Source: Saccharolobus solfataricus P2 (GTDB lineage: Archaea > Thermoproteota > Thermoprotei_A > Sulfolobales > Sulfolobaceae). From it: 64,000 bases of DNA. Position 1 is the stretch's first letter; each line of letters opens with the position of its first letter. Where the stretch lies: assembly GCF_000007005.1 (NCBI RefSeq), contig NC_002754.1. One strand, 5' to 3'. Shown here one piece after another: positions 52,938-63,941 of the stretch. Made by a program: the position numbers and the translations under genes. The notes beneath the pieces are model-generated. The model saw nothing but the letters and a program-made list of their open reading frames with translations. It was not told the DNA's origin and searched no databases.

Positions 52938-53909
52938 TTATTGTCCATTTTCTTCCCCTCCTACAAGATGACAAGCCACGTACCTTCCATCCACATATCT
53001 TAATTTTGGTTTTTCAACCTTACATATATCTTTAGCTATCGAACATCTTGGTGCAAATGGACACCCTTTAATCTCCTTTGACAGATCTGGTGGATCACCT
53101 GGAATATAATGCACTTTCTTTACCTTACCAAATCTAATATCCGGTACTGAGGACAGTAAGCCCTTAGAGTAGGGATGTAGTGGTTCCTTGAAGATTTTAC
53201 GAGAATCTCCGAACTCCATTATCTCTCCGGCATAAAGTGTTAGTACCTTCTTAGCAACTCCAGCAACAACTGCTATATCATGAGTAATGTAGATTAAAGT
53301 CTTTTGCTTATCCACAATTTCCCTCTTAATTAAAGATATGACCCTTGCTTGGTTTATAACATCTAATGCAGTAGTCGGTTCGTCTGCAATTACTAATTCT
53401 GGGTCTAATAATAGGGCTGAGGCAATTACAACTCTTTGTCTCTGTCCTCCAGATAGTTCGTCTGGAAGCTTCTTATAGATCTCTGGTGGCAAACTAAGTT
53501 GATTAAATAGGTAAAATATCCTTTCACTAGCTTTACTAGTATCAATATTACTATCATTTTCCATCATTATCTTTACTAATTGTTCACCAACCCTCTTTAT
53601 GGGATTAAACGCATTCATAGAGTATTGGGGTATTATCGATATTTTCTTCCATCTTATCTCCTTTCTGTAGGTTTCTTGATCCATTTTCAAAATATCCTTA
53701 TTATTAAAAAAAATGCTACCAGAATATTCTGCATTTTCGGGCAATGCCCTCATAATAGCATTAGCAATTGTGGTTTTTCCGGAACCTGTCTCACCAATCA
53801 CTCCTAAAGAATCACCCTTCTCCAATTGAAAATACACTCTATTAATAGCCCTAATTGACCCTTTGCCAATCTTGTAGGATATGTTAAGGTCCCTAACTTG
53901 TAAACTCAA
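52938..53909 (-). CDS. oppD: Opp/Dpp ATPase D (second system)
   Basis: GETGSGKT, LSGGQRQR, DEPTTALD. Confidence 0.93.
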   Translation of the reverse strand: MSLQVRDLNISYKIGKGSIRAINRVYFQLEKGDSLGVIGETGSGKTTIANAIMRALPENAEYSGSIFFNNKDILKMDQETYRKEIRWKKISIIPQYSMNAFNPIKRVGEQLVKIMMENDSNIDTSKASERIFYLFNQLSLPPEIYKKLPDELSGGQRQRVVIASALLLDPELVIADEPTTALDVINQARVISLIKREIVDKQKTLIYITHDIAVVAGVAKKVLTLYAGEIMEFGDSRKIFKEPLHPYSKGLLSSVPDIRFGKVKKVHYIPGDPPDLSKEIKGCPFAPRCSIAKDICKVEKPKLRYVDGRYVACHLVGGEENGQ

Positions 53910-55516
53910 TGGGTCTCACCAACTAAACTTCCATAATACCTAGTTATCGCCTCACCTATATAAAATAGACTAACGCCCAAGAGAAATAACGCTATACCTG
54001 GTGTCAGAATCCACCACCATGCAAATCCAGGAGCGTCTAGTGAGGCATTAATTGAGAACCCTAACATATTACCCCATGTTGGGAATTTAAGTATTCCAAT
54101 ACCTAGAAAGTCTAGGGCTGACTCTATACCTATCACAGCTGGAATATCGAAGATTAGCTGTGCTATAATTATTGGGAAAACGTGCCTTAACACGTGCTTT
54201 CTTATGATTTCCATATTGGACATTCCTAAAGCCTTAGCGGCTTCAACGAATGCCATATTTCTAACTTGGAGAACTTGTCCTCTTATTGTTCTAGACGTAG
54301 GAGGCCAGCTTAGAATTACTAAAACTATTATGATTAAAATATCCTTAGGGAAAACTGTAAAGATTTGTTGGAATATGGTTATTAAGACTATTAGTATTGC
54401 TAACCCAGGGAGTAGTAGTATGAAATCAGTAAATGAGGTTAATATTTGATCCAACTTCCCACCATAATAACCAGCAAATAAGCCAAATACCGCACCTATG
54501 AATACTATTGCCAACCCAGCAAGTATTGCGAGTTCAAGGTCGAATATTCCACCTTGTGAATACTCTGCAAACACACTAGCCCCATTATTATCAGTACCCA
54601 ATACTCCATATCTACTACCAAGAAATTCGAAATAAAGGTCAGATAAGTAAACTACTAATTTGGAGTTAGGTCCGTTTGGGATATAATTTATGGTGAATTC
54701 CACCTTGTAATTTCCGGTACTATTAAACATGCTTTGAAGCATTATAACAGAAGCTACTGCGCTTTCATTAGGAGGTATATTTGAGGTATAGAACCATGGA
54801 GTTTCTCCAGCTGATGCCGAAGATGCTAATATGTAATTCCATCCTCCATTCCCTAAGTACTTAAATACAGTTGAGAGCGTAACCAAATTTGTTGGCAAGT
54901 AGTTCCCAGCTAAGAACAACCAAAATGTGGCATTTGACGGATTTATCACATATCCATTAAAAGTATAGTAAGCGTTTGTAGCATAAGCGGAAATACTGGC
55001 TTGGATGATATAGAATTCATAGTCTCCAAATTTTGTCTCTCTAGGCAATAAATAGTTATAAAGAAAGTCATGATACAGAGTTAAATTTAATGGATTAGTT
55101 CCTTCTATTATTATCTCTACACTCCCGTTTCCAGTGTTTCCATAAGAATAAAGTGTCTTTTGGAAGTTAGTTTCTCCCTTGGGTCCATAGCTACTATTAT
55201 AAATTATTATAACAGCATCTCCGTTAAAAGTAAAGTTAGACAAATGCCAATAATTTATAACAGATGCTGTCTTCGCAGCAATCAGATCATAATCATTAGG
55301 TACTTTTATGTCAGGTGGAAGATTACCGTAGAAGATTGAAGCCCACGAAGGCACTGCATATGGTGAAGCTGCATACTGACCAGCTGGTGTATAAGGGTTT
55401 GCCTTAGGCGCTGTAAAGAAACCATATGCAATACTCCCTAAAAGAAAAATGAATATAATTAGCGCAACCCAAAGTAGCTTCAGTCTTAATATTGGGGGAA
55501 TTCTCATTAAATTCAC
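53906..55516 (-). CDS. oppC: Opp/Dpp permease C (second system) with large extracytoplasmic domain
   Basis: LGTDNNG, FVEAAKALG, WWWILTPG. Confidence 0.9.
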   Translation of the reverse strand: MNLMRIPPILRLKLLWVALIIFIFLLGSIAYGFFTAPKANPYTPAGQYAASPYAVPSWASIFYGNLPPDIKVPNDYDLIAAKTASVINYWHLSNFTFNGDAVIIIYNSSYGPKGETNFQKTLYSYGNTGNGSVEIIIEGTNPLNLTLYHDFLYNYLLPRETKFGDYEFYIIQASISAYATNAYYTFNGYVINPSNATFWLFLAGNYLPTNLVTLSTVFKYLGNGGWNYILASSASAGETPWFYTSNIPPNESAVASVIMLQSMFNSTGNYKVEFTINYIPNGPNSKLVVYLSDLYFEFLGSRYGVLGTDNNGASVFAEYSQGGIFDLELAILAGLAIVFIGAVFGLFAGYYGGKLDQILTSFTDFILLLPGLAILIVLITIFQQIFTVFPKDILIIIVLVILSWPPTSRTIRGQVLQVRNMAFVEAAKALGMSNMEIIRKHVLRHVFPIIIAQLIFDIPAVIGIESALDFLGIGILKFPTWGNMLGFSINASLDAPGFAWWWILTPGIALFLLGVSLFYIGEAITRYYGSLVGETH

Positions 55517-56514
55517 CTTAGTTTTATTCTAGGATCAACTAATGGATATATTAGATCCATCGCGTAAAGTACGACTAGGGCGTAGAGTGTTAGGAAAAAG
55601 AACGATCCAGTTAATAAGGGTATATTTAGTTCAGTGGCAGCAATAATTCCTAAGTAACCCATCCCTGGAATTCCAAAAATATACTCGATAAAATATATAC
55701 CACCGAGTATAAAAGCTAAGTCAATTCCAGTTCTCGTTATGACTGGTATAATTGAATTTCTCCTAGCTATTGCCCTTACTGTACTCTCCTTCAATCCCGA
55801 GAGCCTTGCGTATTTAACGAAGTCAGAATCTAATACATCAACCATCGTATTTCTCATTAGTATTCCCCTAACCGGGAACCCGAAAATAAAGACTTGGATT
55901 ATCCAAGGAAGCCAATATACCTTTAATATGGATACTATATCATTCAAATGAAGAACTTGGATGCCAGAAATTGGTATCGCCTTAATATAAACTGCAAATA
56001 CAACCCATAGTACTGCTAATATGAAGAACCCGGGAATATTATACTGAAGAATCATGTAATTGGATATTATATGATCTACAGCCTTATTCCTTTTTAATGC
56101 TGCATACGCACCAACAACTATAGCTAGTAATGTCTGAAATATAAATGGAGGTAGGGTAAGTATTATAGTATATGGAAGATATTGAAGAACCTCATTTATT
56201 ACGTATTCATGATGCTGGAAATCATACCCTAGATTGAAAGAAAATAAAGCATAAAGATATCTTATAAACTGCACGTATAACGGCTGATTAAAGCCGTAAA
56301 GTGTAGTGATATCGTTAATTATATTCTGAAAATAAGACGCGCTTTTGCCCAATTGACCTACGGGCGCGTACCAAATTGCTGGATTTACTCCAAATAGTTC
56401 AGGCAAAGCTTCCACAACAAACCAGAGGAGTATTACCAACCCTAATAGTAAAATTATCCTGTCTACAGCCCTTTTTATAGCGTAATTAAGGAACCCCATA
56501 TAAGACTTTATCAC
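55513..56514 (-). CDS. oppB: Opp/Dpp permease B (second system)
   Basis: DFVKYARLSGL, FGIPGMG, DPRI. Confidence 0.9.
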   Translation of the reverse strand: MIKSYMGFLNYAIKRAVDRIILLLGLVILLWFVVEALPELFGVNPAIWYAPVGQLGKSASYFQNIINDITTLYGFNQPLYVQFIRYLYALFSFNLGYDFQHHEYVINEVLQYLPYTIILTLPPFIFQTLLAIVVGAYAALKRNKAVDHIISNYMILQYNIPGFFILAVLWVVFAVYIKAIPISGIQVLHLNDIVSILKVYWLPWIIQVFIFGFPVRGILMRNTMVDVLDSDFVKYARLSGLKESTVRAIARRNSIIPVITRTGIDLAFILGGIYFIEYIFGIPGMGYLGIIAATELNIPLLTGSFFFLTLYALVVLYAMDLIYPLVDPRIKLR

Positions 56515-56912
56515 TGGAGACGTTTTTAAAGCTTTTTATCTTGCAAATTTAAGGACATCAACTAATTATAAAATATTTATTTAAGGACTCTTGACTCTAA
56601 ATATTTTAAATATTGGATAATGCTTTATAGAAACTTTTTAAAGGATGAGTTATTGTAAAACGAGTCATTTATATAACATTTTAAAAATTCTCAAACATAT
56701 TGATTTACATTCTTACAGAAACAATGAGATGTGGCATAGTACTTACTGTTTTTCTATAACTCATTTTAAGCAAATTTTAGTTTAGATAATTTTATATCTA
56801 GGGTTAACATAGTATGCTACCCATTTCGGGAGCTTCCGGTATAAAAACCTTTCCGTGAAAATCGAGCATAGTATATACTACTTATTCAAGTGATGTCACC
56901 TGCTTTACTCGT

Positions 56913-57933
56913 GACGTTATCCACGTTGATTAAAATGGCAATTCATGAGTAATATTAATAAGAAATTAGGATGAGATAATATTATGGTAAAGGCAATTTC
57001 AACTGAAAAGGACCTCTTGCTCAAGGTAGATAAATCCTTCCCTTGAGAAACGTTTAGGAGTAAGCTTAAGTCCCTTTACTCCAAGAAGCCTAAGTGGAAC
57101 GTCATCTCACTCCTCAAAGTCCTCCTAATCAAGCTCATTTTCGACATCTCCTGGAATAACTTGGAGGGAGAAATTAGGGACAGTAAGATGTTTATGGACT
57201 TCTTGGGCGGGAAAATTCCACCAAAGAGCACAGTATTCTCCTTCTACAAGAAACTTCAACAAACAGTTGTTCAAGAGGGCGAGACGATGAGAACAACACT
57301 AATGGATGAGTTAAACAAGGCTTTGAACAAGGTGATCAGCGAGTATAGGGAAAAGGGCTTTGAACTTGAAGTTGGGAGAGAAAAAACGATAGGTTCGAGG
57401 ACTACCACATAATTGATACATTCTTCCGTGAGGCCTACCCCGGAAAGAGGAGTCTTCAAAACGGTCTTGAGAAGATCTCACTTGACCTTAAGGAGATGAG
57501 ATTCAATGACGTTTTTCTCCTCATGGGTTATACTACTTCCAAGCTCAAGAACTTCACGGCCTTTAGGAAGTATAAGGGTAGTTGGGGTGGGAAGCACGGT
57601 AAGTCCTACTTCGGGTTTAAGGTCTGTAACCTTGTGGAAAGGAGGACTAATTTCGTTAGGGACTTCAAGGTTGGATTGTTGAGTGATCTAGCCTTTTCAT
57701 TTGATAACGTTAAGTTAATGGCTGATAGGGCTTGGATTTCCAAGAAGGACGTCTTAGTTAAGGGTGTTGGTAGTGCTAGGCTTCCGGTTGAGGGTAGTGG
57801 TGTTAAGATTAGGGAAGGTAAGGCTTCGTCTACAACTTTAAGGGGAGTGGTTATGGAGGTATTCTTCCTTAACTTCTATCGTGATCTCGAAATTCTTTCG
57901 ACGAGGATTAGGACGAAGGTATTCGTTAATTAA
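56913..57933 (+). mobile_element. Decayed IS5-family (ISC1058-like) element; transposase pseudogene from ATG 56984
   Basis: MVKAISTEKDLL..FP* premature TGA, frameshifts, KSYFGFK, MADRAW; left end GACGTTATCC. Confidence 0.7.
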
Positions 57934-58119
57934 CGAGGTTCGTTTACGTGTTTACTTGTTGTTATGGCAAATTTTATTGCAAAATCGTACAATTATCTGT
58001 ATTTTCCCTTATTAATACATATTATATTATTCTTTATACTTGAATATAATGAAGAATAGTATAATCTGAAATGCTGTAATTATAATGATTTTTAATTTTG
58101 CTCAAATCGGACAACGTCA

Positions 58120-58478
58120 CGTGATCATCTCGTCGGCCGAGCTCGGAGGGATCAAGTCCGAGGCCAACCCAACCCTTCTAAGCTACCTCGTTGCGAGCAA
58201 GGAGCTCTGGAAGTTCAAGACCAACAACTTGGTCGAGTCCTTCAACTCCCTCTTGGAAAGGAGGTTTAGTAAGTTTCACTCCCCTTGGAGGATACTCCAG
58301 ATCGCGCGGGCCATAGCCCTCTACTACAACCTATTGACCTATTTTCTCACTATTATAATAATATTACAATTACCTTCATTTCTCTCAATTTCACAGAAAT
58401 ATATCCAATAATTTATACATTGAATAAATGAAATTCAGAGTCAGAAGATACAATTCGCAATGGACTCCTGAATCGCTC
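58120..58478 (+). mobile_element. 3' fragment of an ISC1217-like element
   Basis: TNNLVESFNSLLERR motif; right end CAATTCGCAATGGACTCCTGAATCGCTC matches the SM2-like TIR at 62597. Confidence 0.7.
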
Positions 58479-58540
58479 GCTAAGCAGAAGTTAAGATAAA
58501 ATTTATTTATAAGTAAATGAAAACATATTTATGTGATACT

Positions 58541-59728
58541 ATGGATGTGAAATATATTCTTGTAGTGATAATAATAATAACGTTTATAGTAAATATTGTA
58601 TCTCTATTTTACTTAAACTCTCAAATAGCAAGTCTGTCATCAAGCTATAATACATTAGTCAATAACTATAATACTTTAAGGACCTACTACCAAAACCTCA
58701 ATTCCAATTATACTACACTTTACTCATCATATTCTAATCTAGTTAACTCTTATAATTCGTTATCATCTCAATATGCAAAGCTATCTTCAGAATACAATAC
58801 GCTTATGGCAAAGTACGATAACTTAACCGCAAAGTATAACACTCTATCTCAAAATTACACCATATTGTCAGGTCAGTTAGCCCTAACAATGGGCACAATG
58901 ACTGTTCAGTCATTCTATATTTATTTAGCACAAGTAAACACTCAAGGCATGGAAAGTTTATTAGTAGGACCTCTAGCATCTTACTTCGAAATAACGTCAC
59001 CACCTGGTAATGGTACTATAATAGCTTCCCCAGCGAATTCTTCAGATGCACTTCCTCTTATTGGATCTAAGTTATCCCAATTCTTCAACTATTTAAGTGT
59101 AAAAACTGAGGTTAAAGAACTTGTAATTACTCCCTTGGAAAACTACGTATTGGGAGAGGGTTTGGTTTCATTTAATGACCAATATGCTAATGGAACAATT
59201 GTTACAAATTACGCACTAATCACAGTAGTTGCGCAAGAGATTAACTTATCCACTTGGCAAGTTGTATATGTAAAGATTAACAACGCGCTCACACAAAGTC
59301 AATATAACACGTTAGTAACGCTTTTCAACTTAATCCAAGCGTTAGAATCTAAGAATATAGGTCAATTACAATCCATATTAGTTGGTCCTTATCAAAGTTA
59401 TGTGTATATAGCCCGAGGACCTTACGCTGGTAATTATTCTGGATTAGATGTACCTAATGTTTTCATAGACACTATAATATCTAAGGATGTAAGTTCACTA
59501 CAATTTGAATTATATTACTTTAACATAACTCCATTAAACCCCACTACTAGCTTAGTTGATATGTATGGCGTACTTAAGATTACCCTCTCAAACGGTTCTA
59601 CTTACACTTCCTATACAGATCTCCGCACAACAGTGGAACTAGAACCTAACGGGGTACCTCAAGTAGTTGCATTAAATATAATTAATGATCTAACTCAACA
59701 ACAAGTAGTTTCTGCATTGCCAAAATGA
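58541..59728 (+). CDS. Membrane-anchored surface protein: TM, LxxxY coiled-coil stalk, two related beta-rich domains
   Basis: TATA TTTATAAG at 58506 favours ATG 58541 over 58517; internal duplication ESLLVGP..SY / QSILVGP..SY. Confidence 0.7.
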   Translation: MDVKYILVVIIIITFIVNIVSLFYLNSQIASLSSSYNTLVNNYNTLRTYYQNLNSNYTTLYSSYSNLVNSYNSLSSQYAKLSSEYNTLMAKYDNLTAKYNTLSQNYTILSGQLALTMGTMTVQSFYIYLAQVNTQGMESLLVGPLASYFEITSPPGNGTIIASPANSSDALPLIGSKLSQFFNYLSVKTEVKELVITPLENYVLGEGLVSFNDQYANGTIVTNYALITVVAQEINLSTWQVVYVKINNALTQSQYNTLVTLFNLIQALESKNIGQLQSILVGPYQSYVYIARGPYAGNYSGLDVPNVFIDTIISKDVSSLQFELYYFNITPLNPTTSLVDMYGVLKITLSNGSTYTSYTDLRTTVELEPNGVPQVVALNIINDLTQQQVVSALPK

Positions 59729-59842
59729 GTTATTTAACGGTATTCTGTTTTTTATCATTTTCATCTTTCTTTTTACTCTCATTCAACTCAATCACTGTTG
59801 GTATGGTAACATTTTTATACCTCTTTTTAACCTTATTAAATT

Positions 59843-62323
59843 ATGAAAAGGGAGATTTATCTACTATTCGCTATATTTTTAACTATGTTAATATCAATAT
59901 CTCCAATAATCACTAGTGGTTATGCGCTAATAACTAACTTTCAAACACCGGTTCTCTCACCGGCACTATATAGAGCTTATACACCTTATGTTGCTGTTCT
60001 CAATGAGATGTGGAGTTTCACATCACCTACAGCACTGTTTCAAGCCTTAATAGCAGGTCAAGTCCAATTGGCAGGCTTAGATCAGCAATCACAAATTCTC
60101 CAAGCTCAAAGAGATCCAAATATCTACCTTTACGATCAGCCGAGCTATGGATTTGGACCCATAATACAATTCAACTTCGCCAAATACCCAATGAACAATA
60201 CTTACTTTAGATGGGCAATCTTTAGTCTCATAAACTTCCAGCTAGTTCAACAGCAAGTATTTGCAAATGGACTCTTGGGTCAAGCAATACCATACTTCTT
60301 AAATCCATCTTTATATCCAGGGTTTTTCAATCCAAACGCATCAATATTTTATCAAACCCATGAGAGTTTTAACCTAACTAGGGCGATGATTTACTTGCAG
60401 AAGGCAGGGCTAGTTTACAATACCAAGCTTAACACTTGGACATACCCCAACGGAACTCCAGTAGTTATATCATGGATAATACCAGCTAATGCACCAGAAT
60501 CTCTTAGCCTAGCTCAAATCGTAACTCAGGCCGCTAAACAAATAAACTTGACGATACAGTATGAAGTAGTTCCATTTTCGCCGACATTGATTCAAGATTT
60601 ATTAACAGGTAATTACGAGTTAATTACTTTTGGATGGGACGTTAATGCAATAGCACCGTCATTCTTGTACTTCATTGATGGTCCATTAGCACCAGTAACT
60701 AGCAATAATGCATTTGTAAATAATACTATAAACCAATTACTGACCAAGGCATATATTGAAGCTACTGCTCTAAATGAGTCACAATACTATACGCAGCAAG
60801 CAGTTTACTATCTACAAGCCGCAGTACCTGAAATAATAGCAGGATGGGGTAATGCGGTACAAGGTGCGTACTTACCCGGTTATGCTAATTATATTCCAAC
60901 TGTTGGTAGTGGTATAAGTCTGATGAACGTACATACTGCGAATTCAACCCACGGTACTTTCAACTGGGGTATTACCGTTTTAACCGCAGCCCCATCAACT
61001 TATGACGTTTATAGCGCGCAAACAGCATACGAATTTGATGGCTTAGGAGAAGTTTATGATACTCCACTATCATCTCCTCCATATAACGCATTACAATTAC
61101 TACCATGGGTAGTTACTAATTGGACAATACAAACTGGGTTAAATGAGACAATACCAGGTACCAATATAAAATTAGTTAATGGCCAGGTTATCACATTGTA
61201 TCTGGTTCATAACGATACTTTCCATAATGGTCTTCCATTAACAGCTCAGGCAATAAACTTCACCATTTGGTATTTCGACATGGGTGGTTACAGTAGTAAT
61301 CCATTTAATTCATCTAAAGATACGGTTTACATAGGCAATTATTACGGTAAGCCGGTAATCTTAAACTATACCGCAGAAGCAATGGCACCATCATTTGAGT
61401 GGTTTGATGCACTGCCTGAACTTGTATACTCTTATATACCTCCAAATAACCCCTACGAGATACAGATATACTTCAATACAAGTAGTTTGTGGGCAATTTA
61501 TGAGGTATCGGGAATCTATATAGTACCACCCTCGATATTTGAGAATATACCCCCGCAATGGCTAGGTTTAAATACTTACTCGGTATCATCAAACGGTCAA
61601 GTGATAGGTTCTGGGCCATACTATATGTACAGTTGGAATAAGAGTACTGGAGCAACATTCTATAGATATAACGGTTACTTCAGAATGGATCCTCTAACCA
61701 ACTTCATAGCAAATATAACGGCAGGCAGCACGTATACCTATACCTTTAATATAACTCAAATACTTGCAGAACCCGCTTATATTAATGGCAAGCCAACAAT
61801 TCCAAATCCGATAGTACCGATATCCAACGCTACTGGTGTAGCTGAAATATGGGTTTATGGGCAAAGTCCAAGACCAATTATGAGCATACCCATATCTCAT
61901 GTAAGTGGAAATACCTATGAGGTAACCATAAATACAGCTAGTCTAACTCCAGGGGAAACCTATGTTCTATTCATTAATGCGACATATACCGAACCATTAA
62001 TGTTAAATTACAGTGCTAATAGTTTAGGAGGAGGAATCAAATATGTTGATATACCTCACTTCTACACAGCTTACTATACTTTCAACGTTCTACCGACAAC
62101 CACTGTATCTACAACTATAACAACTTCAACTACTTCTACTTCAACTACTTCTACTTCAACAACTGTAACACCAGTTTCATCGGTATCTGCACCACCCGCA
62201 CCACCTAGTGTAAGTGCAATAACTATAAGCACTAGTCCCGTAGTTTATGGTTCATTAGGAGTTGGAATAATACTAGTGATTGCTGCTATAGTTGTAGCAG
62301 TTTTGCTAGGAAGAAGAAGCTAA
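59843..62323 (+). CDS. Family-5 ABC solute-binding protein with S/T linker and C-terminal anchor
   Basis: FNFAKYPMNNTYFRWAI, FHNG.PLTA, Thr/Ser linker, TM plus RRS. Confidence 0.85.
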   Translation: MKREIYLLFAIFLTMLISISPIITSGYALITNFQTPVLSPALYRAYTPYVAVLNEMWSFTSPTALFQALIAGQVQLAGLDQQSQILQAQRDPNIYLYDQPSYGFGPIIQFNFAKYPMNNTYFRWAIFSLINFQLVQQQVFANGLLGQAIPYFLNPSLYPGFFNPNASIFYQTHESFNLTRAMIYLQKAGLVYNTKLNTWTYPNGTPVVISWIIPANAPESLSLAQIVTQAAKQINLTIQYEVVPFSPTLIQDLLTGNYELITFGWDVNAIAPSFLYFIDGPLAPVTSNNAFVNNTINQLLTKAYIEATALNESQYYTQQAVYYLQAAVPEIIAGWGNAVQGAYLPGYANYIPTVGSGISLMNVHTANSTHGTFNWGITVLTAAPSTYDVYSAQTAYEFDGLGEVYDTPLSSPPYNALQLLPWVVTNWTIQTGLNETIPGTNIKLVNGQVITLYLVHNDTFHNGLPLTAQAINFTIWYFDMGGYSSNPFNSSKDTVYIGNYYGKPVILNYTAEAMAPSFEWFDALPELVYSYIPPNNPYEIQIYFNTSSLWAIYEVSGIYIVPPSIFENIPPQWLGLNTYSVSSNGQVIGSGPYYMYSWNKSTGATFYRYNGYFRMDPLTNFIANITAGSTYTYTFNITQILAEPAYINGKPTIPNPIVPISNATGVAEIWVYGQSPRPIMSIPISHVSGNTYEVTINTASLTPGETYVLFINATYTEPLMLNYSANSLGGGIKYVDIPHFYTAYYTFNVLPTTTVSTTITTSTTSTSTTSTSTTVTPVSSVSAPPAPPSVSAITISTSPVVYGSLGVGIILVIAAIVVAVLLGRRS

Positions 62324-62411
62324 AAACTCATAATTTAAGTTAATTATTTTTTAATTCAGATCTATACTTTTTAACTAATTATAACAAGGTCAAATAGAAC
62401 ATATTTTTGGA

Positions 62412-62597
62412 GGGCGATTCAGATACCCATTGCGAATTCACTTTATTTTAAAGATTGCTACAAAATATTTTAAAGATTGCTACAAAATTAACTAAATGAA
62501 GGCGACTAACTGGCAGAGATACATGATTACCAAATGTTAACATTTTTACAACGTATTATTTACAAATTACAATTCGCAAAAGACACCTGAATCACCC
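62412..62597. mobile_element. SM2-like MITE (186 bp, ISC1217-related TIR)
   Basis: GGGCGATTCAG...TTGCGAATT / AATTCGCAA...CTGAATCACCC; internal ~20-bp tandem duplication. Confidence 0.75.
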
Positions 62598-62699
62598 AAT
62601 TGGATAACGTCTCGTGTGGTTGTGCGTCATCAAAAATTAGATATTCGTAAAAAGTATATAACTTTCACGGTTTATCGGAAACTACTGACAACGTCTTAC

Positions 62700-63941
62700 T
62701 CATGATTCTTTCCCTATCATCTCCCCAGCAAATCTCTCCTTAACTAAGAACTTCCATAAAGGGATTAATGTAATCTCCTTTCCGTTTCTAATTTCCTTCC
62801 CCTCCCTATCCCACGTTATGATAATTAGCTTATAGTCCTTAAACCTCTCAGAAAATCTTACCAATCCCTTATACTCCCTATCATCTATTCCACCTTCATC
62901 ATACGTAACTTGTATTGCAAACTTATCCTTAATTATAAAATCAACCTCCGCATTACCATTTGAATAATAATAAACTTCCTGACCATACCTCTTATATAAC
63001 TCTAGAAAGACTAGATTTTCTATCATTTTCCCCATCTGGAGTCTCTTATACGTGTTAAAAAGCCCAGTATCAATTACATAAACCTTTCTAGGTAACGTGT
63101 ACCTTTCAAGGGATTTTCCAGTAAATCTCTTCACGAACAGAAAGAGGTATGCGTTAGATAGACAATAGAAGTAGTTTTCAACGGACTGGTGAGATAGATT
63201 AAACGCATTTCCAACTCTCCTAGTCGACACCTCCTTACCAATATTCTCTAATAGAAAGTCAGCTAACCCCTTTACATCTTTTCTAGTCTTGCATCTAATT
63301 ATAACATCCCTTGTAATGATGTCAGAATAGAGGTTCCTTAAATACTCGTTTTTATCGAATTTGAAGGTCTCTGGAAAACCTCCTTGTTGTAAATAGTTTC
63401 TTAACTCTTCTTTTAGCCTAGCAATACCCCTAGTGGTCTCCTCTACTTTAACGTCCTTATACCTTAAGTACTCCTTAAATGAGAAGGGAAAAACGAGGAA
63501 GTCCATATGCCTCCCAGTCAAGTAAGTTGCCATCTCTGAACTCATTAGTCTAGCGTTACTTCCAGTAACTATTACTGGGTATATTTCCCTTATTCTAGAA
63601 ACGAAGAGTTCCCATCCCTTAACGTTTTGTATTTCATCTAGTATTATTACCTCAATTTTCTTTTTTATCTGATAGCCAGCCTCTAAAAATTTATTCAATT
63701 CGTTAGCCTTTATTCCCGATAACCTCTCGTCATCGAAATCGACTCTTAAGATCTCTTTGCCTTTAGTGAGTTGAACTGTAAAGATTGATTTCCCAGCCCT
63801 CCTTGGACCAGTTATCAAATAAGCGTTGTTATACGTTATTGAGTAGTTATAGTGCCTCGTTATGATCCTCTCTTTTCTTAACTTATCGTTTAGGAAAGAT
63901 TCTTGGTCTAGGAGTATTCTCTTTATCTCTTCTACTTCCAC
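62700..63941 (-). CDS. AAA+ ATPase (AAA_14 plus DUF4143 type)
   Basis: GPRRAGKS, ILDEIQ, TGSN, GGFPE, KVYVIDTG, EVDF. Confidence 0.9.
   Translation of the reverse strand: MEVEEIKRILLDQESFLNDKLRKERIITRHYNYSITYNNAYLITGPRRAGKSIFTVQLTKGKEILRVDFDDERLSGIKANELNKFLEAGYQIKKKIEVIILDEIQNVKGWELFVSRIREIYPVIVTGSNARLMSSEMATYLTGRHMDFLVFPFSFKEYLRYKDVKVEETTRGIARLKEELRNYLQQGGFPETFKFDKNEYLRNLYSDIITRDVIIRCKTRKDVKGLADFLLENIGKEVSTRRVGNAFNLSHQSVENYFYCLSNAYLFLFVKRFTGKSLERYTLPRKVYVIDTGLFNTYKRLQMGKMIENLVFLELYKRYGQEVYYYSNGNAEVDFIIKDKFAIQVTYDEGGIDDREYKGLVRFSERFKDYKLIIITWDREGKEIRNGKEITLIPLWKFLVKERFAGEMIGKES

Larger units (their letters stand above)
50508..52948 (-). pseudogene. oppF: oppF of the second Opp system, split by ISC1439
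   Basis: Removing the insert and one TSD rejoins YVSDRIG-VMYLGKVVE. Confidence 0.9.

Noticed and set aside
56805-56910. Moderately GC-rich patch as a possible C/D-box or other sRNA
   Set aside because: No complete C and D boxes or convincing stem; probably an IS remnant
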